A stretch of DNA of 63,037 nucleotides, the filler included, from Basidiobolus ranarum (taxonomy: Eukaryota), in NCBI GenBank assembly GCA_040143965.1. It is 41 parts of 41 records of this genome, joined end to end, with 100 filler letters (N's around TTAATTAATTAA, not from the genome) between each part and the next. Parts side by side here need not be neighbours in the genome. Positions count along the whole stretch, not along the records: positions 35,481 to 36,919 come from JASJQH010005186.1; positions 37,020 to 38,458 come from JASJQH010005187.1; positions 38,559 to 39,997 come from JASJQH010005188.1; positions 40,098 to 41,535 come from JASJQH010005189.1; positions 41,636 to 43,073 come from JASJQH010005190.1; positions 43,174 to 44,610 come from JASJQH010005191.1; positions 44,711 to 46,147 come from JASJQH010005192.1; positions 46,248 to 47,684 come from JASJQH010005193.1; 33 more parts are not named here. One strand, written 5' to 3'. A program made the translations under genes and the position numbers. The notes under the pieces were generated by a model, which saw only the letters and a list, made by a program, of their open reading frames with translations, made no database searches and had not been told where the DNA came from. This document shows positions 36,284 to 49,320 of the stretch, piece by piece. The number at the start of each line of letters is the position of its first letter. Positions within the stretch are counted from its first letter, which is position 1.

Positions 36284-36919
36284 TGTGACAATAAAGAACT
36301 GGACAAGGACTGGAATCAGAGACAAGAGGCTAGAAAGCAAGGGGGTACTTGGATGTAACCCACCAGGCAAGACAAGACAATACTAGATAGGGAAGATACT
36401 TTGGCAAGAATTTTTAACAATAACTGCCATTGATCAGACTGAAGTCTGATTAAGGAATACACAGAGTTTATATAGATAATGCAGGTTGAAATATATTACA
36501 CTAAATAGGGAATATACTGTGGCAAGTTTGAATGTTGAGATGTTGAGGACTACCAGGCCCTATATGAGGGGCTAATGTAAGAATGATCAGGTGACCTTCC
36601 ACAGAAGGTCTTGGTGGAGTTATGTCATATATGGGATGGCATGTTTGGTTAGGTTTCATGGAATGTTCTAAACCCTCATGACTTGCTGATAAGGTAACTT
36701 GGATGACCTAGCACAAGATTGCCAAGAAAGGATGGCAAAGCAGGTATGCTGTCATAATCTAAGATCAGAATTATGACAATATCCCCTCCTTCTGTGATGG
36801 TTTCCACACATCATAAGGCCAGGCTTTTTTGGATAAGCATCATGAAACTCCTAGCAAAGTTCATCAGAGTTTAAAAGATTTGTTGCTGGCTCCCATGATT
36901 TATCATTTTTGGTGTATCG
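36284..36919 (-). mobile_element. 3' end of a chromodomain Ty3/gypsy element: chromodomain tail, PPT, 3' LTR-E (36778-36284)
   Basis: YTKNDKSWEPATNLLNSDEL.*EFHDAYPKKP, PPT AGAAGGAGGGGATAT abutting TGTCAT. Confidence 0.85.
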
Positions 36920-37019
36920 NNNNNNNNNNNNNNNNNNNNNNNNNNNNNNNNNNNNNNNNNNNNTTAATTAATTAANNNNNNNNNNNNNNNNNNNNNNNNN
37001 NNNNNNNNNNNNNNNNNNN

Positions 37020-38458
37020 ACCTATATAGTCATATATAACTTAGTACTTAGTTATCTTATAATGAACTAAGATATTATCAATTATTCTCAATTGGAATTT
37101 ACTTAAAATATTGACACCAACTTAGAAGTTCTCAGATATATAGATTTTTTCAAACTTGTACCAGAAGCCCCAAAGTTTGCACACATGTTCCTGTCATGAT
37201 TCTGATGTTGGTATACTCAACCTTCCTTAACAAATTCTACATGTTAGTTTGTTTACATTGTGACAAAACTATAAATGTCAACTTTCTACTCAATAAATCA
37301 ATAAGTGAAAATCACCAATTCCTCTAATTCTCCAAACCACTTCCAACAAGCTCCCAAATACTTTAAAAAAATAGTCTCAATCTTTAATTAATCAAAGTAA
37401 TAGTTCAGTGCAGGATCTTGACACTGCTTACTTACTATATAGCTGAGCAGAGCTGGGTGAATATATATCTTGGGAATAACAAAGTTTCACATATTTTGGC
37501 AGATTTCTGATGCACTAACCAGCCAAGTATAATACTGGGTAAAAATACTTATGATCAAGGTAATATTTATTCAAGTATGTTGGGAGTTATTGCAAATGAT
37601 TTGAAGAACTGGAAGGATAGGTGATTTGCACTTATTGATTTATTTAAGTATCAGCTGACATTTATACTTTTATAAAGAAGTGGGTAAATGAACATGTTTA
37701 TTGTGCTCAAAAAGGCCCCAGGAATATATGCAACAAGCTTGGGGTCTCTTTGAAAATAAACAAATAATCATATAATCTTGATACCTCAAAGTTGGTCTCA
37801 ATAATGTAAGTATGTTCCAAGTGCAGATATAGAATAATAATATAGTGAAGCTTGTTGAAATGTTTTAGGAGTTTGTTGGAAGTGGTTTGGAGAGCTAAAA
37901 AAATTGATGGTTATCACTTACTGCTTTATTGAGTAGAAAATCAACATTTATAGTTTTGTCAATAGGTATACAAACAAACATGAAGAGTGTGTTAAGAAAA
38001 GTGCTAGGAATGTATATTTGGAGTTGGGGGCTTCTAGCTCAAGTTTGGGAAATTTATATGTTTGAAAATTTCTATGTTGGTGTCAATACTCCAAGTACAT
38101 ACTTCATGCAAATAGTGAGTGATATCTTAGGTCAGTATGGAGTAGCAAAATGCTAAGCTATATATGACTATATAAGTATTTAAGCTATACTTATTTCAAC
38201 AAGATATGCTTTATAGAAAACTATCATGTAATCAAAGGATGGAATAGGACTGATGAGAAGTACAACCTATATATGACCCTATTTGACTGATCAATTTATT
38301 TAAAACTTAGTACGTTTGATTATCAATATAGATTGGCAAAGTTATTGAAATTAACATAGCCTAAACAAAAACATTTTCATATATAGTGTAGTATTTAGCA
38401 ATTTCATATTTCACTAAGATTTCACCCACCATTCTTAATTGGAATTTACTCAGAAGTT
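37020..38458. repeat. Cluster of nested LTR-C-like LTRs (37020-37368 +, 37853-38201 -, about 38343-38458 +) with older relatives
   Basis: Similarity to 54387-54725. A ~27-bp stub of the LTR-E 5' end sits at 37192. Confidence 0.75.
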
Positions 38459-38628
38459 NNNNNNNNNNNNNNNNNNNNNNNNNNNNNNNNNNNNNNNNNN
38501 NNTTAATTAATTAANNNNNNNNNNNNNNNNNNNNNNNNNNNNNNNNNNNNNNNNNNNNGGTTACCGCCGGCTAACAATATTGATATCAATGGTAATTCGA
38601 ACAAGATTGATACTAAATTTAACTTCTG

Positions 38629-39402
38629 TTAAGAAGAAAAAAAGCTATGGAAATATCTCACTGTTCTAGAAACAGCTTCGACTACGATAGGCATGAAACC
38701 ATGCCAAACTCCACATAACTCAGAACATTGTCCGTAATAAACACCTTCTCTTTGAGCTATGAAAGAAGTTTGGTTTAGTCGTCCTGGTACTGCATCTATT
38801 TTTAGACCTAATGAAGGTACTGCAAAAGAATGTATTACATCAGCACTTGAAACAATGAATCTAATATGAGTATCTACTGGTACTACCACTCTATTATCTA
38901 CTTCTAAAAGTCTTAATTGACCTGGTTCTAATTCTTCAGTAGGGACCATATAAGAATCAAAAGCAATTGAATCTTCATGTTGATCGTCTACGTAATCAGA
39001 ATATTGATAATCCCAATACCATTGATGACCATTTACTTTTATAGTCATGGCTGGATCTATTACCTCATCCATTAGATAAAGTAATTTGAAAGATGGGAAT
39101 GCTATAGCTACTAATATTAAAGCAGGAGTTAATGTCCAAATCAATTCTATTAATGTTCCATGATTTAGATATTTATATCTAATTCTATTATTCTCAGAAG
39201 AAGAATGGAATTTGTATAAGATTGAACCTAACATCCAGCTTACTAATACTAATACTACTATTAAGTAAAAGAAAATTTGATCATGTAATTCTTGGATTCC
39301 TTCCATAATGGGTGAAGCACTATCTTGAAATCCTATTTGCCAGGGTTCCGGTGCATCATTCCACACCATTGAGCTCACATTCCAGTTAAGTAATTGAACC
39401 AT
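38629..39402 (-). CDS. cox2: Mitochondrial-type cytochrome c oxidase subunit 2
   Basis: [49 protein letters not shown], CuA motif [14 protein letters not shown]-rich codons, no introns seen in the ORF, last ~12 aa atypical. Confidence 0.96.
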   Translation of the reverse strand: MVQLLNWNVSSMVWNDAPEPWQIGFQDSASPIMEGIQELHDQIFFYLIVVLVLVSWMLGSILYKFHSSSENNRIRYKYLNHGTLIELIWTLTPALILVAIAFPSFKLLYLMDEVIDPAMTIKVNGHQWYWDYQYSDYVDDQHEDSIAFDSYMVPTEELEPGQLRLLEVDNRVVVPVDTHIRFIVSSADVIHSFAVPSLGLKIDAVPGRLNQTSFIAQREGVYYGQCSELCGVWHGFMPIVVEAVSRTVRYFHSFFSS

Positions 39403-39414
39403 TAATTCGATTCT

Positions 39415-39997
39415 GAAGGGGCCCCCCCCCGAAGGGGGGGGCCACTAAAAGTGGCCCCCGGGGGGATTCCCCGGGGTGGCCCCCACCCCCACTGGGCCCC
39501 CCCCCCGCCCCCCCCCCCCCCCGGGGGGGGGGCTCCTTCCCCCCCCCCTACCCCCGAAGGAGGTGGGGGGAACCACCCTCCGAGGGGGCCCCTCCTTCGG
39601 TATGGGGAGCCGGTAGAGCCCTGGCCCCCCTTGGTAGGGGAGGGGTCCCCCCCTTTGCCCCCCCCCCCCCGGGGGGTTTGGGGACCGATTTAGGGATGGG
39701 GCGAGGAAACCATCCATCCTTCGGCTTCGGTCGGGGGGGGGCTTCGCTCGGGAAGGTCCCACCTGTGCCCCCCCCCACCCAAACCCCCCCCCCAGGCCAA
39801 CCCTGGCTCCGCCCCCACCCCGGCTTCGCATCCTGAGGAGGGGGGTACGGGTGGGGGGGTGGGGGGGGGGAGGGGAGGGGACGGGGGGGGGAATTTCCTA
39901 TGGGCGGGCCCCCCTCGAATTGGCGATCTGCCTGAGGGGGGGTAGAGAGGGAGACGGCTGATCGCACGGCCAATCCTCCCAGACTAAAGGGAACCCC
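39415..39997. repeat. Extremely GC-rich cluster of hairpins and G/C homopolymers upstream of cox2
   Basis: GGCCCCCCCC-C-GAA-GGGGGGGGCC and GGGGCCACT-AAA-AGTGGCCCC stems, repeated CTTCGG/CCGAAG loops. Confidence 0.75.
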
Positions 39998-40837
39998 NNN
40001 NNNNNNNNNNNNNNNNNNNNNNNNNNNNNNNNNNNNNNNNNTTAATTAATTAANNNNNNNNNNNNNNNNNNNNNNNNNNNNNNNNNNNNNNNNNNNNCTA
40101 TGTGTTTATGAAACACTGATAGCGTGAAATCATCATATATCAAAAAAATCAATGATAGCCTATCAATACAAGCAATTTCACTACAATTAAATGAAAAATG
40201 TCTGTCAATAAAAAGCTTGAGGAGCCGTATTGGCTTGATATGGCTCAATCCATTCACATTTTCACCCAATTAGAAGCTTACATGATTGAATAAATAATTT
40301 GCTGATCTAAAAATGATGAATCAAACAATCCTGATCACTACTATCATACTGCAGATTGATCCATCATTGAGTGCTGTGATTTGTCACTGGTGTGCCAAAA
40401 CTACTGGTGTTTTGTAGTGCAGGAGCTGTTGTGCCCAATGGAAAATCAGGACACTGTGTTAGTGAGGGACAAATGATTGGCCTAAAAATATGTGAATGTC
40501 TTGGTTATACATTTGATTAGGTAAGTTACAGTATAAATTGTTTATTGTTAAACATTCAGTTGTTTGTAAGATACAAACTAGGGGATGAACTTACTTTGTC
40601 AGTTACCCAAAATTTTAATTTGGAATACTAAATCGGGTAACTTGGTACAGGCTGGCAGAATATCTCCAATAAAAGCATTGTGTCTGATTGTGGTGTGATA
40701 GTGCCATATTGTTCCTTATAGTGTCCAATTGAGTGTTAAAAGGATCCAGCCATGGTAATTGACAGACTGCCCCCAATGGCATACTAGCAGGCTGGATCAA
40801 GCAGCACAATCTGACCTGGTCCAATGGAACAAGTCTA

Positions 40838-41535
40838 AGATAGACTGAATATATGCCGGAATTCAATACATTCCGTGCTGCATCTTTCACAATGCTTAGA
40901 GAATATAGGCCTTTGCTATACATTCTGGGAGTTCCCAATGGAGCAAACCTGCGGTGAAATGATGCTCGATGTGAAATTGTCAGTATTACCATATGCTAAT
41001 CTGATTAACAATAAATCAGCAAAATTAGGGATAGATGCAACACAATGGGTTAAGGAGACTCCAGAGTATATTAACCTTCCAAAAAAGGGCCCTTTCAATA
41101 TGCTCATGGGTTTTCACATTGTTTGAGCACAATAACAGCAACAAAGCCCAATCCATGGACACAGAATAAGGGCCTCTATAATGGGACTAATTTACTTGTG
41201 TGATAATCAGATGGTATTTTTAGGAAAGCTGCAAGACAGACTTTGTGGTTAGATTGATCACAATAAGCAGTATTACTGCTTTAGCCATGGGGTACTCTAT
41301 TCAAGCAATGACACATCTACTTGTGGCAGGACATTTGCTGACTGCAAGTCACAGATATATTGGCTGAATTCTTTATGGAAATTTGCCAAAATCCAAGAGC
41401 TTATTTGCATAGTGAATGGTAACAAGAGTCAGCTATTTGCCAAGTGTCAGTGCTATTCAAAATTTCATATTTTTATTAATTTTTCCACTTTTAGTTTGCT
41501 GGTAAATCATATTGATGTTGTTGAGTTATGTCTAA
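40838..41535 (+). mobile_element. CACTA-like transposase C-terminal half
   Basis: LHLSQCLENIGLCYTFWEFPMEQTCGEMM. Confidence 0.88.
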
Positions 41536-41635
41536 NNNNNNNNNNNNNNNNNNNNNNNNNNNNNNNNNNNNNNNNNNNNTTAATTAATTAANNNNNNNNN
41601 NNNNNNNNNNNNNNNNNNNNNNNNNNNNNNNNNNN

Positions 41636-43073
41636 TACTCAACAGCAAAATGGAGTTGCAGAATGTGCTAATAGGACCATAGTGGAGATGGCAAGATCAA
41701 TGTTACATGATCAAAAGTTAGATTACCAATATTGGGCTGAATCTGTTTCCACTGCAGTCTATATCAAAAACAGATGCCCAACAAGATTGCTATGAAGTTC
41801 TACTCCATTTGAAGCCCTATATGGATCAAAACCAAGTGTGGATCATCTTAGGATCTTAAGTTGCATTGCATATTGCCTAATTCCAGCTCAAAAATGCTCA
41901 AAATTGGAACCCAAAAGCAGAACATGCATATTTCTTGGTCATTGTGATGGATCAAAGGCCTACAGACTGTTTGATACTAAAAATCAGAAGTTAACCAAAA
42001 GAAGAGATGTGATTTTTGATGAAAAAGCAAATCTTTCACCTTGAATCACAGTTCTTGATCAAGAACACAGAATCAGCACTATTCAGGAAGTGTCTGAGAA
42101 AATTCCAGCTATATCTGAGCCCTATTCAACCAAAATTTCAATCCCAATTACATCAAAGAATGATTGAGGACCCAGAATATTATTACCAGGAAGAAATAAG
42201 CCAGGAAAATGGTGGAACACTTTGAATGATGATGTATATGCTTATGCAGCATTCTGCGACAAGCGACAGTCTCTAGATGAAGATCTGGAATGTCCAGAAT
42301 CATGTTTATGGGAAAAAGCAATATCAGACAGGTTTTCTTCATTTCAGAACAATGAAACATGGGTTTCAAGTACTCTTCCATCAGGGAGAAAGCCAATAGG
42401 TTGCAAATGGCTCTACAAAGTCAAAAACTGAGCTGATGGAACCATAGAAAGGTACAAAGCAAGATTAGTTGCAAAAGGCTATTGCCAGACTCCAGGAGTT
42501 GATTTTCATGAAACTTTAGCTCCAGTAGCTAAGTTTAGCTCCATTAGATCAATCCTGGTACTCTCAGCCATCCATAACCTTGATCTACATCAAATGGATG
42601 TAAAAACAGCCTTTCCAAATGGAAATCAAGAAGAAGAGATCTATATGGAGCAACAAGATAGATTTGTTGAACCAAAACATCCTGTTATGTTTTGAAAACT
42701 GCAAAATTGCTCTATGGACTCAAGCAAGCACCCAGGGCATTGTACAACAAGATAGATACCTCTTTAGAATCTCTGGAATTCCAAAAATGCACAGCAGATC
42801 ACAGTATGTACATCAAAACAACTGGAAATAGGATCCTTATCTTGGCATTATCTGTGGATGACTTAATCATAGCAACAAATGATCTAGTAGCACTTAATCA
42901 GACAAAAAGCAGCTTCTCAAACCAATTTCAGATGACTGATATGGGTGATTTAAGTTTTTCTCTTGGAATCCAAATCAAGAGAGATAAACCCATTCAGAAA
43001 ATCATGCTGAATCAGTCCAGATACATCCTACCCAACCTAAAATGCTTCAACATGGAGAATAGCAAGCCTGTAT
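41636..43073 (+). mobile_element. Copia integrase end and RT (degenerate)
   Basis: QQNGVAECANRT, SKLEPKSRTCIFLGH, IGCKWLYKVK, ERYKARLVAKG, HQMDVKTAF, LYGLKQAPR, SVDDLII. Confidence 0.93.
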
Positions 43074-43173
43074 NNNNNNNNNNNNNNNNNNNNNNNNNNN
43101 NNNNNNNNNNNNNNNNNTTAATTAATTAANNNNNNNNNNNNNNNNNNNNNNNNNNNNNNNNNNNNNNNNNNNN

Positions 43174-44472
43174 CAAATGCAAAGACTGGAAGTATTGGAT
43201 TTGTATATATTCAAGTGGAATTTTGAAAAGATTTCTACCTGATAAGTATTGGCAACATTGGGAGTTGTTTGTGGATATTGTTAACATATTCTTACCGCAT
43301 CAGCTCATATTGGCAGATCTCAGGCAGATACAGTGACTGTGCAAAGATTTTGTAATTGAATATGAAAAAATTTATTACATGTTTAAAGAAGAAAGACTGA
43401 ATCTATGCCAGTATTCAATCCATTCCCTGCTGCATCTTTCACAATGCTTAGAGATTATTGGACCTTGCTATACATTCTGGGAGTTCCCAATGGAGTGCAC
43501 CTGTAGTGAAATGATACTCCATGTAAAATTGTCAGTATTACCATATTCTAATCTGATCAACAATGTATCAGCTAAATCGGTGATGGATGTTATGCAATGC
43601 ATTAAGGAGACTCCAGAGTATATTAACCTGCCAATAAAGGGCTCCTTTCAATGTGCTCATGGATTTTTGCATTGTTAGAGCACAATTACTGCAAGAAAGC
43701 ACATTCTATGGACATAGAGTAAATACCTCTATAATCAGACTAATTTGCTTGTGTGATAATCTGATTGTACTTTTAGGAAAGCTGCAAGACAGACTTCTTG
43801 GTGAGATAGATGAAGATATGCAGTATTATTGTTTTAGCCATGGGGTAATCTATTCCAGCAATGTCACATCTACTTGTGGCAGGACATTTGTTGACTGTAA
43901 GTTGGGGATATATTGGCTGAATTCTTTATGGAATTTGCAAAAATCCTAGAGCTTATTCTCATTGTGAATGGTAACAAGAGTCTGCTATTTGCCAAGTGTC
44001 AGTGCTTTTCAAAATTTCAGATGTTTAGAATTTTTCCACTGTTAGTATGCTGGTAAAGCATATTGATGTTGTTGAGTTATGTCTAATCAATCAAGTATGT
44101 GCATATGTAGAAACTAATCACAACTAGATTCTTGTATTTTTTGATTCTCATTATGGCTGGAATACAAAGCCTAAAATATCTAAATAAAAGCATGCCTTTT
44201 AAATCGAATTCCTACAGCAGTAAACCCAGTGATTTGACATTTGTAAATTGTATTTTTGCAAAAATTGCCGGATATTGAATAACGCATGCCAATTTGAGGA
44301 TCAATATTTTAACATGTATCAATACCATCAAAATACCATCAAGAAACTGCCGCTACACCATCAAAATCCCTGGCTGAATGCAAGCTACCACCATAGTGAT
44401 GGGTCTCTGATGGTTTTGCTCTTTTGGAGGGTGGATCCAATCCCAATCAAATCAATTTTATTTCTGTTTGGA
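43174..44472 (+). mobile_element. CACTA-like transposase C-terminal half and degenerate right end
   Basis: KDWKYW..RLNLCQYSIHSLLH..FPMECTC, end TTTCTGTTTGGA. Confidence 0.88.
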
Positions 44473-44710
44473 TGTTCAAAGGGTGCAGTAAACATGGTTG
44501 ACTAACTCAGGGATGTACTGTAATATGGTTCTGTTTCTTGCCTCTTTGGTCTTTGCAAAAGGGAATCTAGCCTCTAGAAATGTCTAAGGACTGATAAACC
44601 ACAATGTAATNNNNNNNNNNNNNNNNNNNNNNNNNNNNNNNNNNNNNNNNNNNNTTAATTAATTAANNNNNNNNNNNNNNNNNNNNNNNNNNNNNNNNNN
44701 NNNNNNNNNN

Positions 44711-46023
44711 CTTGGTGTGTTTAGTCTCTACATATGCACATACTTGACTGATTATACATAACTCAAAAACATCAACATGCCTTACCAGCAAACAAACAGT
44801 GGAAAAATTGCTAAACATCTGAAATTTTGATTAGCACTGACACTTGGCAAATAGCTGACACTTGTTACCATTCACAATGAGAACAAGCTCTTCAATTTTG
44901 GTTAATTTCCATAAAGAATTTGGCCAATATATCCCAAACTTGCAGTCAACAAATATCATGCCACAAGTAGATGTGTCATTGCTTGATTATATAACCCCAT
45001 GGCTAAGTCAATAATACTGCATATCTTGATCTATCGCACCAAGAAGTCTGTCTTGGAGCTTTCCTAAAAATACCATCAGATTATCACACAAACAAATTAG
45101 TCAGAATTATAGAGGTACTTACTCTGTGCCCATGGCTTAGGCTTTGTTGCTGTTATGGTGCTCTAACAATGCAAAAACCCACGAGAACATTGAAAAGAGC
45201 CCTTTGTTTGAAGGTGAATATACTCTGGAGTCTCCTTAACCAATGACATTATATCCATCACTGATTTTGCTGATGCATTGTTAATCAGATTAGCATATGG
45301 TAATACTGACAATTTCACATGGAATATCATTTCACCATAGGGGCACTTCAATGGGAACTCCCAGAAAGTATAGCAAGGGCCTATAATCTTTAAGCATTGT
45401 GAAAGACACAGCAGGGAATATATTGAATACCAGCACAGATTCAGTCTATCTTCTTTAATCCTGTAATAAAGTATTTCATATCCAATTACAAAATCATTGT
45501 ACAGTTGCTGTATCTGCCGGTGATCTGCCAATGTGAGTTGATGCCGCAAGAATATATTAACAATATCCACAAACAACTCCCAATGTTGCCAATACTTCTA
45601 AGGCAGAAATCTTTTCAAGATTCCACTTAAATACATACAAATCCAATACTTCCAGTCTTGTATCAATAAATGCCTAGATGAGTGGATATTGATGGAAGTC
45701 CTGCTAAAATATGATGGTATCTTGATGTTTTCAAGCATTTTCCTAATTGATTCAAACTTGGATCCTGTGTCAAATGGCTCATTCATATTGAATTTTCCAC
45801 TATATAGCTGAGTAAGTAGTATTGGAATGTTGTTGAATAGTAAGTGCATTGTGCCTGATGGGAAGCTCTAGCTCCAGATGATCCCCGTTAGCAATATAAT
45901 TTTAGGCATAAGGCTGATACCAAGTTTGATGTTAGACTGACTATTTGCCAAATTGATATCAGTGATCATGTTGAAATCTGACCAGGCTCTTGATGGTAAA
46001 ATCATGGAGTTTAGTGTTGTATT
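44711..46023 (-). mobile_element. CACTA-like transposase fragment, then an LTR-B start at 46024-46147
   Basis: MHLLFNNIP, YEILYY..DRLNLC, GPCYTFWEFP. Confidence 0.88.
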
Positions 46024-46247
46024 TGCTGAAGTTTATTGTCTTTATGATATATGTTATCCCTATCTTTATACACCTAATTATTTCATATATCACATATTAG
46101 TTAGTCAACATTATTTAGTCAAATATCACTTAGCTGCAAATCGGAATNNNNNNNNNNNNNNNNNNNNNNNNNNNNNNNNNNNNNNNNNNNNTTAATTAAT
46201 TAANNNNNNNNNNNNNNNNNNNNNNNNNNNNNNNNNNNNNNNNNNNN

Positions 46248-46418
46248 GCTTATCTATTATATCTTATTACACAAACTCCTGAATATCTCAAACAATAGAT
46301 TCCTTTTTTTACTATTCAAGTCACCATATACTCTTAAGAATAAAGTAACTAAAATACACTACCATAAGCTGCTTCTAATACTCAAAGTCTACCCCCATTA
46401 TGTCAAGATCCTCCAACA
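46248..46418 (+). repeat. LTR-D 3' half
   Basis: Ends GATCCTCCAACA. Confidence 0.8.
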
Positions 46419-47684
46419 GTTGCTACAGCAGTATATCTGAAGAATAGGAGTTTTACTAGTAGTCTGTGTAACTTTACACCATATCAAGCTTGGTTTGGAG
46501 TTGAGCTTGATGTAAAACATTTGATAAACTTTGAATGCATTGCTTATGTCAAAATTATGCCCAAAAATTGGTTGAAATTTGATCCAAAAAGTAAGAAATC
46601 CTTATTTCCGGGTTATTGTACTAAAGTATGGCCAACAGACTCTGTGATACCAAACTTTCCAAGTTAATCAAGACCAGGGATAATTTGTTTAATGAAAATG
46701 ATATATTTTCATCAAAAAGACCTCAGATGATGATGAAAATCATTTTTCTCCTGATCCAATCATTTAAATTGGTTCAAACCAAAACAGCAAAGAAAAGAGC
46801 ATTCCTGCGGACCTTACAATTAGTATTTTGCCTACTGAAGTGCCCAATAAAATGCCACAAGTTGTAGTACCTTTAACCCATAAAAGGAGATCAAATTGGA
46901 TCAAATATAGCATTTTTAACTATATGAATGAGTCCAAAATTGAGCCTATGCCTGCACAGCTCAAATGCATGAACCCAAGACTGTAAAAGAGGCCCTGAAT
47001 GGCACTCACATGAAATTTTGGAGATCTGCAACAGCTGATGAGTACCAGGCTTTGATTGATAATCAAACTTGGATTTCAACTAACTTACCTGATGATAGAA
47101 AATCAATTGGCTACCAATGGGTGTTCAAAGTTGAAGACAACTCTGATGGCTATATAGAAAGGTACAAGGCTAGAATAGTAGCCAAAGTCTATTCCCAAAC
47201 ACCATGAATAGAATATACAGAAACTTTTGCTCCTGTAGCAAAGTTTAATTCAAGTAGATTGATTTTAGCAATTTCTGCTAAATATCAGTTTATTATACAT
47301 GTTAGAGAAGTTAAAACTGCTTTTTTAAATGGTGAGCTTGCTGAGGAGATCTATATGAGCCAGCCAGATGGATTTGTGGACCTAGAAAACCCTAACAAAG
47401 TTTGCAGACTCTGGAAAACATTCTATGGCTTAAAACAATCTCCAAGAGCTTGGGATAGCAAGATAGATGCTTTTTTGGAAACACTCAAATTCCAAAAGGG
47501 CAAAGATAACTCTAGTATCTACTTCAGGCCAGATAAGACAAACCCAGTTTTATTAGCCTTATATGTAGATGAACTCATTATAGTAACCAATGACTTGAAG
47601 ACTTTAGAGAAAACCTAATCCAGCTTATCAGCCAAATTCAAAATGACTGATCTTGGTGAACTGATGTACTATCATGGAATCCAA
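46419..47684 (+). mobile_element. Copia integrase end and RT
   Basis: HEPKTVKEAL, ERYKARIVAK, VKTAFLNG, YGLKQSPRAW, LYVDE. Same family as 47785-49220. Confidence 0.92.
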
Positions 47685-47784
47685 NNNNNNNNNNNNNNNN
47701 NNNNNNNNNNNNNNNNNNNNNNNNNNNNTTAATTAATTAANNNNNNNNNNNNNNNNNNNNNNNNNNNNNNNNNNNNNNNNNNNN

Positions 47785-49220
47785 CTATTGGAATGGGTAC
47801 AATTCAAGTCAATTTAACTGGAGCTTCTGAAGAGAAAGTATATACTTTTAAGGATGAACTACATCTTCCAGATATTGCCAAAAAATTAATATATGTTTGC
47901 AAGGCCATCTCAGAAGGGCAAAAATTCAATTTTGATAAGTCAGGATGCATCATCACTGATCAAAATGGGAATTATTTAGCTATGCAAGAAAAGGATCAGA
48001 ACTTATACAAACTTACATATGATCCAAAAGGCTTATGTGTAAATATAAGTTATTCCAATCAAGAAACTATTCAATTGTGGCACAAGAAATTTAGCCATAT
48101 TAGATTTGATTATTTGAGCAAAATGATAAAATATTGCCTAAATTCTGGAATTCAAATTCACCCCCACACCAAAATGGTAACTTGTGATGGTTGTATATAT
48201 GGAAAACAAGTCAGGCAACTGCTCAAGAGCTCTGCTTTAATCAAATCTGTCAAAAAACTGGATCTAATTCATTCTGATTTGTCTGGACCTATGCAAAATT
48301 TATTTTTAGGTGGAGAAAGATATTTAATCACATTTATTAATGATTATACAAGATACACTTGGGTCTACTTTATGGAAAGAAAAGAAGAAGCTCTCTCTAT
48401 TGTTAGAGACTTTAAAACACTTGTGGAGACTGAAACTGGAACTAAAATCAAGAAAATAGGTACTGTTAATGGTGGAGAATATACTTCAACACTATTTAAG
48501 CACTTTTGCAAAGTTCATGGTAGTAAGCAAGAAACTACTGCCCCCTATTCACCTCAACAAAATGGAGTTGCTGAAAGAGCTAACAGAACTATCATAGAAA
48601 TGGCAAGATCTATGATAAATTCACAAAATTTATCTCATAACTTTTGGGCAAAATCTGTTGCTACAGCTGTATATCTGAAAAATAGGAGTTTTACTAGTAG
48701 TCTGTCTAACTCTAAACCACATCAAGCTTGGTTTGGAGTTAAACCTGATGTAAAACATCTGAGGATTTTTGGATGCATTACTTATGTCAAAATTATAACC
48801 AAAAATTGGTCTAAATTTGATCCAAAAAGTAAGAAATGCGTATTTCTGGGTTATTGTACCCAAACTAAGGCCTACAGACTCTAGGATACCAAAATTTCCA
48901 AGTTAATCAATTCCAGAGATGTTTTGTTTAATGAAAATGAAAAATGCACAACTAAAATGACCTCAGATGATAACAAAAATCAATTTTCTCCTGGTCCAAT
49001 CATTCAAATTGATTCAAACCAAAACAATGAAGAAAATAGCATTCCTGTGGACCCTGCAACCAAAAATTTTGCCTACTGATAGGCCCTATACAATGCCAGA
49101 TGTTGCAGCACCTTTATCCCAAACCAGGAGATCAAATTGGATCAGAAATAGCCCTGATTACTATATCAATGAGTCCCAAAATTGGGCCTATGCCTGCACA
49201 GCTCAAATACATGAACCCCA
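47785..49220 (+). mobile_element. Copia GAG-pre-integrase and integrase (363-aa ORF 47793-48884, the longest TE ORF here)
   Basis: LWHKKFSH..CDGCIYGK, IHSDLSGP, TVNGGEY (second catalytic D appears replaced by V), PQQNGVAERANRT, SKFDPKSKKCVFLGY. Confidence 0.95.
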
Positions 49221-49320
49221 NNNNNNNNNNNNNNNNNNNNNNNNNNNNNNNNNNNNNNNNNNNNTTAATTAATTAANNNNNNNNNNNNNNNNNNNNNNNN
49301 NNNNNNNNNNNNNNNNNNNN

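Noticed and set aside
38625..38660. GTGAGA...TAACAG as a spliceosomal intron in cox2, implying nuclear transfer
   Set aside because: Only 36 nt versus 58-73 nt for host introns, splicing does not restore a Cox2-like tail, and there is no targeting presequence.
39445..39973. Pro/Gly-rich ORFs
   Set aside because: By-product of G/C homopolymers lacking stop codons, with overlapping ORFs on both strands.
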